DNA of 24,000 nt from Kordia sp. (GCF_022447245.1 NZ_JAKVBC010000021.1:42737-66736), one strand, 5' to 3'; counted from the stretch's first letter, positions 1-7,548 are shown. Notes: generated by a model from the sequence alone, not told the origin. Program-made: numbers and translations.

Positions 1-55
1 CATTCCAGCAAGTAGCTTCTAAGTCAACGATGATTATATTTTTTGTGTGATTCAT
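1..55 (-). CDS. DEDDh-type 3'-5' exonuclease paralog, N-terminal fragment only (gene continues past the left edge)
   Basis: Minus-strand ATG at 55..53 reads MNHTKNIIIVDLEATCWN, the same N-terminal motif as ORF 9522..10073 (MKTTNKILVVDLEATCWE). Nt 5..25 are identical to 10023..10043. Confidence 0.6.
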   Translation of the reverse strand, partial: MNHTKNIIIVDLEATCWN

Positions 56-65
56 TTTTAGTTTT

Positions 66-779
66 TTATTCAGATTCTAACACATTTTTTTGTGGAACAT
101 GTTCATCTACTATATGACGAATCATATTGCACCAGGCTTTTGAATTGTCTAAAATCCAGGCATCCGAACTGATAGCAATGTGCCCGCTTTCGGCAATGTA
201 TTTATCTGGATTGTTTTCTAAGATAATTTCCCAATGGTAGTTGTGTTCTTCTGTGAATTCTCGTAACATGGTTTTTAGTCGTCCACTATTGGAAACAGGT
301 TTGTCAAAGATCCAAGTGGCTTTTTTGACTTTGTTTTCTTGAAGAAAGTTTGCAATGAGTTGAATAGCTTCTGGTGTTTGTTTTACTTTTTTATAGGTTC
401 CGTGTACGCTTGATAAATCGCGGTAACAACCATCTAAACCTTTGAATAGATATGCGCCAGATAATGCACTTTCTAACATAATTAATACATTAAAACCATC
501 TAGATAGACTTCCTTTTCTGTCAATTGATTTGGTAATAGGCAAGTTGCAGCTCGTTTTTCAAGTTTGTGAGCAGCTTCACTCATTCCTTGTACAGCACGT
601 TGTTGACGATTGTTAAGTTTGTAACGATTTCCTACCAATGCCACAGACGATTTTTCAGAGAATCCTCTACTCAATAAATACGATATATCTTTGATAGCTT
701 CTCGCATTTTTGATTGCATGTTTGGATCGCCAAATAAACGATCGTCGCTTCCTTCTTTTCCTCTGCTTCTTGTTGCCAT
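66..779 (-). CDS. DUF434-type protein with C-terminal PIN/NYN-like (DUF5616-like) module; predicted RNA-binding or ribonuclease, function unknown
   Basis: 237-aa ORF. The N-terminal block REAIKDISYLLSRGFSEKSSVALVGNRYKLNNRQ fits my recollection of the DUF434 signature. The C-terminal half (YLDGFNVLIMLESAL..DGCYRD) resembles the nuclease-like module that usually follows it. Its stop lies 10 nt before the exonuclease-fragment ATG, so the two are probably co-transcribed. Confidence 0.55.
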   Translation of the reverse strand: MATRSRGKEGSDDRLFGDPNMQSKMREAIKDISYLLSRGFSEKSSVALVGNRYKLNNRQQRAVQGMSEAAHKLEKRAATCLLPNQLTEKEVYLDGFNVLIMLESALSGAYLFKGLDGCYRDLSSVHGTYKKVKQTPEAIQLIANFLQENKVKKATWIFDKPVSNSGRLKTMLREFTEEHNYHWEIILENNPDKYIAESGHIAISSDAWILDNSKAWCNMIRHIVDEHVPQKNVLESE

Positions 780-1131
780 GAGATTCGTTTGTTTTGCTTT
801 TAATAGAGTAATTGAATATTCTTTTTATCTTTTGTATTCCGAACTACAATTTTCGGTTCTTCTTTTCGTTTTCTTTGCTTACCCAAAGAAAGAAACAAAA
901 GAAAGGGAACTTTTCCAGAGGTATTTTTAGTTTTTCTTTTTTGGAAAAACTAAAACCGTATGAATTTTTCTAAATTTTAGTTCACTATGCTCTATTTTCA
1001 GTTATGGAGTTAATGAATTAACATTTCTCCAAGGCTTCGAAAATTTTTAACGAAAAATTCCTACTATACTGCAGAAAAGCAAAGTTTCAAACCAAATTTT
1101 TAATATTAAACTAAGCTAATTATTAAAAATG

Positions 1132-1884
1132 TTAGTTTCTAGTATTTTCTACTTTTACACAACTCTTTACAATGGTTTCTATTATTCTTTTCGGATCGCA
1201 AGCATACACGCCTGAACTCCAAACAGGATTTGCTTCAATGAGCGCCCAACCTTTGTTTGAAATGTAGCCAACATCAATGACAACTGCTTCAGGCAATTCT
1301 ATGGTTTTGTCAGCTAGGAATTCATCTAGAAAAGAAAACATTGCTGCTTCTTCATTTTTCAATATGCAATCTTTCAATTGAATTTCTCCATTATAGATAT
1401 AAGTTGACCAAGTTTGGACTTTTCTTTGAATGATAAAACAGCGAACTTCAATTGCCCAACTTACGACATCGGAAACGAAGACTTCTATGTTTTTATCAAT
1501 CGTACTGTAACCCTGGATTTCTTCTACGGAAGTGTACACACCTGCAGGGAAAAACTTGAAATCAACAGGTTTTATAAACTTGTTTTGAACGTTTTCAATA
1601 TTGCCAAAACGATTGTACTGAATAGTACGCAGTGTATATTTTAAAGGAACACTTGCCAACCAATCATCTGTAGGTTTTAGGAGTTTTAAATTGCATTGTT
1701 CTGCAACAATTGTGGTGAATAAATCTTCTCCATAAACCGCAATCACATTTTGTCGATATTCCTGAGGAACATTCCAACTTCCAAATCGCATCGCAGTAAA
1801 TTCTGTGTCAATCGTTGCCTGATTGATAATCATAGAATCTTCTGAGAAGTTTGGTGACAGTACGATGATTTTTTGTGTGTTCAT
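1132..1884 (-). CDS. small ATP-grasp enzyme, R2K-clade (DUF4343-like)
   Basis: 250-aa ORF with ATP-grasp-like blocks FIKPVDFKFFPAGVY, EVRCFIIQRKV and VIDVGYISNKGWALIEANPVWSSGVY (E-x-N metal/ATP site). It shares an ATGA start/stop overlap with the upstream gene. Confidence 0.6.
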   Translation of the reverse strand: MNTQKIIVLSPNFSEDSMIINQATIDTEFTAMRFGSWNVPQEYRQNVIAVYGEDLFTTIVAEQCNLKLLKPTDDWLASVPLKYTLRTIQYNRFGNIENVQNKFIKPVDFKFFPAGVYTSVEEIQGYSTIDKNIEVFVSDVVSWAIEVRCFIIQRKVQTWSTYIYNGEIQLKDCILKNEEAAMFSFLDEFLADKTIELPEAVVIDVGYISNKGWALIEANPVWSSGVYACDPKRIIETIVKSCVKVENTRN

Positions 1885-2552
1885 GATTTCTTTCTATTCT
1901 TTACCATCATTATAAATAGTTCTAAATGCTTTTGCAATGCTTCCGAATCTGCTTCTTTTCGCAATAGATAGTGTTCCAATTCAGGAAAGGTTTTAATGAT
2001 TGCTTCTTTGGTATATAATTCAACATCCGCAAATAAAGCAATCGTCATTCCCAACTGAAATGCAAAGGTTTTATACACTTCTATGACGGAACCGTTTTTG
2101 CCAAAATCTGTATAGTTTTTGAGTTCAATCGTATCTAACAATTCTATTTGCATGTTCACATCTGCACGCAATGCTGCTTTTGCTTGTATACGTAAGTCAG
2201 TTCTTGTAAAATGTCCTACCAAGGTTCGAGCACATCGTACAATACGCGATTCTAAAATTCTAGGAACGGTACGTTGTATATGATTTTGATAGACTTGCTC
2301 ATGTAAATCATAGGTTGTAAAAAGTGCATTGTTCAGCTCGTCAGCACTACCTTTGAAGTTTTGAACGACAATTCCGTTTTTTACAATTGCTAAGTTCGCA
2401 TTCACAGGTTTTGTAGTGTTGAAAATCGTTTGTGCTGTATACATTTTTACAACCTCATGATTTTTTTTGGTATCATTCAAACTATCTACAAAAAAACATA
2501 CATCGAGATCTTCTGAGTTTTTTGAGCCGAATATTTGATATGAAGGTTTCAT
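1881..2552 (-). CDS. predicted Pol-beta-fold nucleotidyltransferase
   Basis: 223-aa ORF. N-terminal FGSKNSEDLDVCFFV fits the G-S...D-x-D nucleotidyltransferase signature, followed by a helical C-terminal region. It is packed between the Pnkp and ATP-grasp genes (9-nt gap and 4-nt overlap). Confidence 0.45.
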   Translation of the reverse strand: MKPSYQIFGSKNSEDLDVCFFVDSLNDTKKNHEVVKMYTAQTIFNTTKPVNANLAIVKNGIVVQNFKGSADELNNALFTTYDLHEQVYQNHIQRTVPRILESRIVRCARTLVGHFTRTDLRIQAKAALRADVNMQIELLDTIELKNYTDFGKNGSVIEVYKTFAFQLGMTIALFADVELYTKEAIIKTFPELEHYLLRKEADSEALQKHLELFIMMVKNRKKS

Positions 2553-2561
2553 CCTGTTAGT

Positions 2562-3443
2562 TTAAAAGTTTCCGTAGAAGACTTGAAAGCATGGAAGTTG
2601 TAGTTTTTGCCTCCATAAATCCACTACTTGGTTTCTATCGTCTAATACGAACTCGATGTAATAATTGTTTTCAATATTGTTTGTAAATAATTCTTCTTTG
2701 ATGATGGAATCTTTTCGATTGTCTTTCGCTTTTCGCATCCACAATGCGTCGTATTCTACCTCATATTTTTCTAACCAACGCTCTGTTTCTGGTTGATACG
2801 TTCCATCTCTGCCAGATAGTAACAAGATTTTAAATCCTAAGTTTTTATAGTTTTTAACTAAGTTCACAATTGGAATGTTTGGCAAATCTTGTTCACATTT
2901 TTTGCCTTCAAATGGACTTCTGTTATTGATTAAAGATAGCGTTCCATCTAAATCGCAAATAATTGCTTTTGGTAGTGAAGCATCTTGGACTCTCACTTCA
3001 TTTTTTAATCTCTTTTCACCTTTTAGTTGCTTATGCATTTTAAGGATGACTTCTCTTCCGACGGGATTTTCGCGTTTTGAATCTCTTAGAATCGCTTCAT
3101 TGACATCAATCTCCATAATTTTCTCTTCTACTTTCACCTGATGTCCTGTTTCTGCTCGGTAATCAGCAGCAATTTGCTGAATACGTTCTAGGTTCGATTT
3201 ATCAAGATTTGTATCGTCAACAATGACATGTTTTCCATGAATTAGCGCTTCTTTGATTAGGAAATCGCGTGTGCTTTTGATGAATTTTTCATTTCCTTTT
3301 GAGAAATGTCCGTTATCCAGCATAGCGCGTAAACTATCGCGATTGATACGTTTATACATTCCTGGGTTTTCTGAAACGAGTTTCTTTGCGTATGTTGATT
3401 TTCCTGAAGCAGGAATTCCTTTTAGTATGATTATCTTTTTCAT
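2562..3443 (-). CDS. pnkp: bifunctional polynucleotide 5'-kinase / 3'-phosphatase (T4 Pnkp-like)
   Basis: N-terminal P-loop GIPASGKST is followed by HAD phosphatase motifs CDLDGTL, LLSGR and LDDR. The order is colinear with phage T4 Pnkp as I recall it (MKKIILTIGCPGSGKST ... DVDGTL ... DDR). I prefer ATG 3443 (MKKIIILKG) to the ORF-track start at 3482. Confidence 0.85.
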   Translation of the reverse strand: MKKIIILKGIPASGKSTYAKKLVSENPGMYKRINRDSLRAMLDNGHFSKGNEKFIKSTRDFLIKEALIHGKHVIVDDTNLDKSNLERIQQIAADYRAETGHQVKVEEKIMEIDVNEAILRDSKRENPVGREVILKMHKQLKGEKRLKNEVRVQDASLPKAIICDLDGTLSLINNRSPFEGKKCEQDLPNIPIVNLVKNYKNLGFKILLLSGRDGTYQPETERWLEKYEVEYDALWMRKAKDNRKDSIIKEELFTNNIENNYYIEFVLDDRNQVVDLWRQKLQLPCFQVFYGNF

Positions 3444-3450
3444 TTTTTCT

Positions 3451-4479
3451 CTAATTAAATTCGTTTGAATACGCTTTTTCAAATGTTGGACGAATGTATC
3501 TCCAAATAATTTGATCGTATTTTTTGTTGTTTTTCATCGCAAATAAAATTGCTGGATATTGAAAGGTTTTAAAGTACGCTGCGGTTTCTCTATCGGTTGC
3601 CAATTCTTTGTACGCTGCTTTTGCGATGTTTTCAATGTTTGTGAAATTAGCTCGTAATTCCGCTTCTACTTTTCGTACCCACGTATAAAATTCGTCTGGT
3701 ACATTTTCAATCCATTGCGTCAAAGTTCCTTTTGTTTTTAAGGTTTCCCAAATAGTTAATGAAGAAACTTGCGTTACAATTTTATGCAATTCAATATAAT
3801 CTTCAAACTTGATCTTTACTCGAAAACCGTTTTCAAACTGAATAACAAATCCTTCTTGATTTTTCCAGTTTAACGCTTTTAATTCTAATAAAGAAGAAAA
3901 GTTATAACGTGTTGGTAATGGAAATCCAATGTCTTGTAATGCTTCATTTTTTCCAGTAGCTGTATCTACGATGGCTAATAAAACCAATTTTTCTTCGGTA
4001 CCGTAATCTACGATAATTCTGTTTTCTGGGTAAATAATTTCAAAAACATAGGTTTTACTTCTATCCAATTTCTCAAAAGTATTGGCATATATTTCATGCA
4101 ATAACTTCGTTGCTTTTAGGGCTTGTTTGCTTGTAAACGAACCTCTAGTTGCTATATATGGCGTATTTTTTAACCAGTATAAAATACCCAATGAACCATC
4201 CATTTTTTCAAATACGTTAAATGGTACGTTTGGCAATTTATCGTATCCAATTTCTTCTACATTGAAGAACTTTTGAATAGGATTTGCTACAATATTATAG
4301 TCTTCATCCAAGATTAATCCTCTGCATTGCAAGGTTTCTTTGGTCCAATATTGATCATATTGCGCAGCTTGCGTATAGTTATATATCCAAAGATTTGCGT
4401 TTGGATGCTTACAGTTATGAATGTAACCATCAGTCATTGCTTGTTTCAATTTTTCGATATGTACTACACTTGTGTTCAT
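3451..4479 (-). CDS. ATP-dependent RNA ligase, Rnl1 (T4 gp63-like) family
   Basis: 342-aa ORF with nucleotidyltransferase motif I K-x-D-G in FEKMDGSLG. Blocks CRGLILD, KFFNVEE, FEIIYPENRIIV and EGFVIQF.NGFRVKIK are colinear with recalled T4 Rnl1 blocks (ECRGIMFE, EKFFNL, TKEDGSL, FEFVAPTNRIV, EGYVAV..GSHFKIK). Confidence 0.8.
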   Translation of the reverse strand: MNTSVVHIEKLKQAMTDGYIHNCKHPNANLWIYNYTQAAQYDQYWTKETLQCRGLILDEDYNIVANPIQKFFNVEEIGYDKLPNVPFNVFEKMDGSLGILYWLKNTPYIATRGSFTSKQALKATKLLHEIYANTFEKLDRSKTYVFEIIYPENRIIVDYGTEEKLVLLAIVDTATGKNEALQDIGFPLPTRYNFSSLLELKALNWKNQEGFVIQFENGFRVKIKFEDYIELHKIVTQVSSLTIWETLKTKGTLTQWIENVPDEFYTWVRKVEAELRANFTNIENIAKAAYKELATDRETAAYFKTFQYPAILFAMKNNKKYDQIIWRYIRPTFEKAYSNEFN

Positions 4480-4518
4480 GGTATTATTTTTAATTACATG
4501 ACAAATATTTTACAGAAG

Positions 4519-4537
4519 TACGCATTTATTTTGCGTA
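4519..4537. promoter_or_regulatory. operator copy A: TACGCAT-TTATT-TTGCGTA
   Basis: 19-bp inverted repeat 40 nt upstream of the ligase start, in the divergent gap to the rhodanese gene. The 18-nt left flank (4501..4518) matches the flank of copy B at 14 of 18 positions. Confidence 0.6.
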
Positions 4538-4639
4538 GTAAAATAGAACGTGTTTTTCCCTCATTCATACAGGTAGTTTACTCATTGTGTATTTTGTAAT
4601 GTATTCGGAATGATTAGTTTAATTTCAAAATTAGATCGT

Positions 4640-5254
4640 ATGAAACTTAGAGTTTTTATTTTTTTAGTGATGGTTGTTTTCTGTAGTATTATCGCACAAG
4701 AATTGCAAACACCAGATGATCCTTTGGAACGTATTGAACGTTTTACACAAGTATTTAATGCTTCTAAAGAAGGTGATCCTATGGTTAGTTTTAGAGATTA
4801 TAGGAATCTAATGAATGTAGTTGAAAAGCATCGCGAAGCACGTTTGGTAGATTTAGAAACGTTTGTGAGTATGAGCCAGCAAGAAGATGTTATTATTTTA
4901 GATGCAAGAGCCGAAGATTTGTATAAAAGCAGTCATATAAAAGGCGCCGTGAATTTACCTTTTACAAAGTTTACACAGCAGAATTTGATGCGTGTGATAC
5001 CGAATCCAGAAACTAAAATCTTGATTTATTGCAATAATAATATTCAAAATGATCCGATCAATTTTGCGTTAAAGACTGCAATACCTGCAAATAATCAACC
5101 GTTGATGTTAGCGTTGAATATTCCAACATATATCAATTTATATGGTTATGGCTATAAAAATGTATACGAATTGAATGATGTGATAGATGTGTTAGTCTCA
5201 AGAATGGATACTTCGTATATTCAGTTTGAAGGTACTAGTGTTCCTGAAAAGTAG
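4640..5254 (+). CDS. secreted rhodanese-like domain protein
   Basis: Signal-peptide-like MKLRVFIFLVMVVFCSIIAQ, then rhodanese blocks VIILDARAEDLYKSSHIKGAVNLP and KILIYCNNN (candidate active-site Cys). The ORF-track start 4610 is an alternative. Confidence 0.65.
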   Translation: MKLRVFIFLVMVVFCSIIAQELQTPDDPLERIERFTQVFNASKEGDPMVSFRDYRNLMNVVEKHREARLVDLETFVSMSQQEDVIILDARAEDLYKSSHIKGAVNLPFTKFTQQNLMRVIPNPETKILIYCNNNIQNDPINFALKTAIPANNQPLMLALNIPTYINLYGYGYKNVYELNDVIDVLVSRMDTSYIQFEGTSVPEK

Positions 5255-5365
5255 TGTTTGATTGTCGCGTAAGCGGTTGAGTGGTTTGTTTGAGCTCCTT
5301 TTAAAGAAGTTAAAAGAGCAAGTAACGAAGACGCGACCACGCCCTAAAGCGTGGATACGCCAAAA

Positions 5366-7219
5366 TTATTTTGATTGTTTAAAAGGTTTTAAGAAACTAT
5401 CTTTTTCTAGGTTTTCCAACGAAAAATCAAAGTCAGCTTGTTCCTTATTCGTAACAATTTCTGCACCTAACATTTGTACAATTTTGTTAAATGATAATGG
5501 TTTGCTCCATTGTTGGTACAATGCTTTTGTGGCTAAATTTGAGATTTCTGAGTTTCCAGAAACTCTTGCATTACCAGCACCAAAGTTTAATAATACAAAG
5601 CATTGTTTATCTTCCTCTGGAATCATCATTCCTAAAATGGTTTGCCATTGTACCGAAGCACATTTCACTTCTGCAAACAAATTATTTGGATTCATCATAT
5701 AGTTGTAATTGATGGAATCTCCTTTACCAATAATGATTTTATAATTGCAAGTTGCACTTCCAGAAAATACATTGTTGTTAATTAATGTAGGCATTTTTAA
5801 ACCTTGATTTGCGTATAAATATTCTGCCGCACCATTTGGCGCATCGGTCATATCACCTGAATACATTAAGTTTCCTTTTTGTTGGTTGTAGGTTGCGTTC
5901 CAACCAATTTTACCACCAATATTTAAACCAGATAGGTCTAAATCATGTGCACCCCATGCATTTTCCCAATATATACCAACGGCTAATTTTTTACCGTAAA
6001 AACGCGTACCAGTTGGAATGTTACCAACATACATTTTTTCAGAAGTTGGCAATGCATATGTTACATCTTCTGGTAAGAAAATTTTCTTGTCAGATAAATC
6101 AAAACGTTGCTTTATATATCTTAATATAAACGCATAGTTTTTTTCATAAATTTCTCCTTCATGCGTATACAATTTCTGCTTTGCTTTTTGCAACGTTGCA
6201 TTGTTTCCTAAGCAAGTAACAGTAATGGTATTTGATTTTACCCACGATTTACCATTACGAATTCTGTATAAAAAGGCATCTTGACCATTCATTCTACTGT
6301 AGCAAGCCGATAAAGCTTTGAATAAGGCAAATGGTGTTGCATTGTCTAACCAACGATTATCATTTGCGGTTAGTAACATATTTGTTACATTGTTCAATGA
6401 GTTTGAAACAAATGGTTTGTGATACTTTTTTGAAAGCTTACTAATCTTGTTAATTGTTTTTGGAGCTTTCGTTTTATATGCTAGGAACAATGGTTTGAAA
6501 CGATTGAAGATTTCAGCCAATTTTTCCAAACCAAATTTGTTAAATGCTTGTGTTGGATTATACGAACTGTTTTTAATCAATTCGATTAATTCATCATTTT
6601 TAATTAACAAAGTTGTGTCCGTACTTCTGTAGATGATGTATCTGAAAAACTCTACAGCATCTTTTGGATAAATGTTATAATACTCTGCTAACTTTATAAT
6701 AGCTTCTTTGTTTTTGATGTTTTCGTTACCAGTAAACTTGTATTTTAATTCATCTGCCAAGATTGAGATCAGGTCATCAATAGTTTCAAAAGTCAATGCT
6801 ATACCAGATTGTAACAAAGACAAGGATTTTTCTTGCATTTCTGCAACTGTATATGCTTTAATGACTTTGTATGATAATTTGATATTAGGAATGTTTAATA
6901 TTTCAGACGGAATGTAAATTTCGCTTTGGAAATTACTTCCATATGTAGAAATATAATGCATTATTTGTTCTGTTAATAATTTGCTACGAGAGCTATTCTT
7001 AATAGTACTCCATGACTTATGGAAGGTTTTGTTTAGATCATTACCGTTTAACTTCTCTTTCTTGTAATACTGGATGATTCTTTTCTTAGCCCAGAGCGCT
7101 TTTTCCTCAATAATATATCCTTCATCTGTAATGAATGGTTTGTTTTCTGAGCTTTTTCCAAAAATACTTAACGTTTTTTCTTTGGCGATAACAGCGTTAA
7201 ATAATTTTAATGTTTTCAT
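5366..7219 (-). CDS. 617-aa protein: long mainly helical N-terminal region of unknown family plus TerD-like C-terminal domain
   Basis: The long ORF is certainly coding. The C-terminal segment AHDLDLSGLNIGGKIGWNATYNQQKGNLMYSGDMTDAPNGAAEYLY parallels the TerD pattern (DLDxSxxxL..GKV..FYN..HSGDNxTGEG). I could not assign the N-terminal ~400 aa by eye. Confidence 0.5.
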   Translation of the reverse strand: MKTLKLFNAVIAKEKTLSIFGKSSENKPFITDEGYIIEEKALWAKKRIIQYYKKEKLNGNDLNKTFHKSWSTIKNSSRSKLLTEQIMHYISTYGSNFQSEIYIPSEILNIPNIKLSYKVIKAYTVAEMQEKSLSLLQSGIALTFETIDDLISILADELKYKFTGNENIKNKEAIIKLAEYYNIYPKDAVEFFRYIIYRSTDTTLLIKNDELIELIKNSSYNPTQAFNKFGLEKLAEIFNRFKPLFLAYKTKAPKTINKISKLSKKYHKPFVSNSLNNVTNMLLTANDNRWLDNATPFALFKALSACYSRMNGQDAFLYRIRNGKSWVKSNTITVTCLGNNATLQKAKQKLYTHEGEIYEKNYAFILRYIKQRFDLSDKKIFLPEDVTYALPTSEKMYVGNIPTGTRFYGKKLAVGIYWENAWGAHDLDLSGLNIGGKIGWNATYNQQKGNLMYSGDMTDAPNGAAEYLYANQGLKMPTLINNNVFSGSATCNYKIIIGKGDSINYNYMMNPNNLFAEVKCASVQWQTILGMMIPEEDKQCFVLLNFGAGNARVSGNSEISNLATKALYQQWSKPLSFNKIVQMLGAEIVTNKEQADFDFSLENLEKDSFLKPFKQSK

Positions 7220-7301
7220 TTTCTTTATTGTGATTTAAAATAATAAGTGAGGTGTATGCTTTCTTTGAATGAATGTGTAATAGGAACACCTTTTACCTAT
7301 T

Positions 7302-7337
7302 TAAAAAGACGAAGAGTACTATATCCACTATACTCTT
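7302..7337 (-). terminator. intrinsic-terminator-like hairpin inside the leader of the 617-aa gene
   Basis: Minus strand reads AAGAGUA-uaguggauauag-UACUCUU followed by cgUCUUUUU. The stem is 7 bp, and the hairpin lies ~85 nt upstream of the start codon at 7219. Confidence 0.45.
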
Positions 7338-7361
7338 TCGAGCACTGGAGTCGAACCAGTT

Positions 7362-7444
7362 TATAGGAACTCTTTGTGTCATTTTTTGAAAACTAACGGA
7401 AAGTAGGATCTTGGAAAAATAATAGGAACTTTCTGTGTCAGTTT
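7362..7444. repeat. two 24-nt direct repeats, 20/24 identical
   Basis: 7362..7385 is tataggaactctttgtgtcatttt and 7421..7444 is aataggaactttctgtgtcagttt. A third ATAGGAAC core lies at 7280..7287. Confidence 0.7.
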
Positions 7445-7529
7445 GTCTTTATATTTTATTTCTAAATGTGTTTAGATCGTATGTCGTATGTACTTTATTA
7501 CTAACGACAGTACAAATGTTTTATAGAGA

Positions 7530-7548
7530 TACGCAATTATTTTGCGTA
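7530..7548. promoter_or_regulatory. operator copy B: TACGCAA-TTATT-TTGCGTA (perfect palindrome)
   Basis: 19-bp perfect inverted repeat upstream of the leader and the 617-aa gene. Its flank ACAAATGTTTTATAGAGA is shared with copy A. Confidence 0.6.

Larger units (their letters stand above)
7302..7505 (-). ncRNA. candidate structured leader or small RNA with a tRNA T-arm mimic
   Basis: No credible ORF lies here. Minus strand 7360..7344 reads ACUGG-UUCGACU-CCAGU, a canonical 5-bp T-stem with a 7-nt UUCGANU T-loop. A terminator-like hairpin whose loop contains a D-loop-like UAGUGGAUA follows immediately. The element sits downstream of operator copy B, and its 5' end is unknown. Confidence 0.35.

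Noticed and set aside
925-955. 12-bp inverted repeat TTTTAGTTTTTC / GAAAAACTAAAA as terminator of the ATP-grasp operon
   Set aside because: The stem is almost entirely A-T and is not followed by a U-tract on the minus strand. That is too weak to call, although it may still pause transcription.
4609-4635. Similarity between the rhodanese 5' end (ATGATTAGTTTAATTTCAAAATTAGAT, MISLISK) and the WYL-gene upstream ORF start (10232..10257, MLSLISK), as a possible third copy of the second regulatory module or a shared leader peptide
   Set aside because: Only about 20 of 27 nt match in AT-rich sequence, and the CTCGAT-A-ATCGAG palindrome is absent. This is not clearly above chance without comparative data.
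691-6917. Plus-strand ORFs 691..930, 1414..1644, 2875..3141, 3253..3468, 4082..4276, 4284..4493, 4327..4599, 5262..5702, 5491..5712, 5809..6129, 6447..6632 and 6708..6917
   Set aside because: All lie antisense to, or overlap, much longer minus-strand ORFs with clear family motifs. Their translations are low-complexity, Phe/Leu/Ser-rich products typical of the reverse strand of AT-rich genes.
7338-7366. An intact tRNA gene on the minus strand (GGTTCGACTCC T-loop)
   Set aside because: Only the T-arm and a possible 3' acceptor strand (GCTCGAA) are present. No complementary 5' acceptor strand, D-arm or anticodon arm can be formed from the upstream sequence.
7293-7382. 29-codon minus-strand ORF (MTQRVPINWFDSSARKSIVDIVLFVFLNR) in the leader region
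   Set aside because: It spans the T-arm and terminator hairpins, and nothing supports it as coding. RNA structure explains the sequence better, though I cannot exclude a leader peptide.
7280-7444. FRT-like recombinase sites (minus strand AAGTTCCTATTA resembles the FLP target half-site GAAGTTCCTATTC)
   Set aside because: The copies are direct rather than inverted around a spacer, and no tyrosine recombinase is encoded in the window. The resemblance is limited to about 10 nt.
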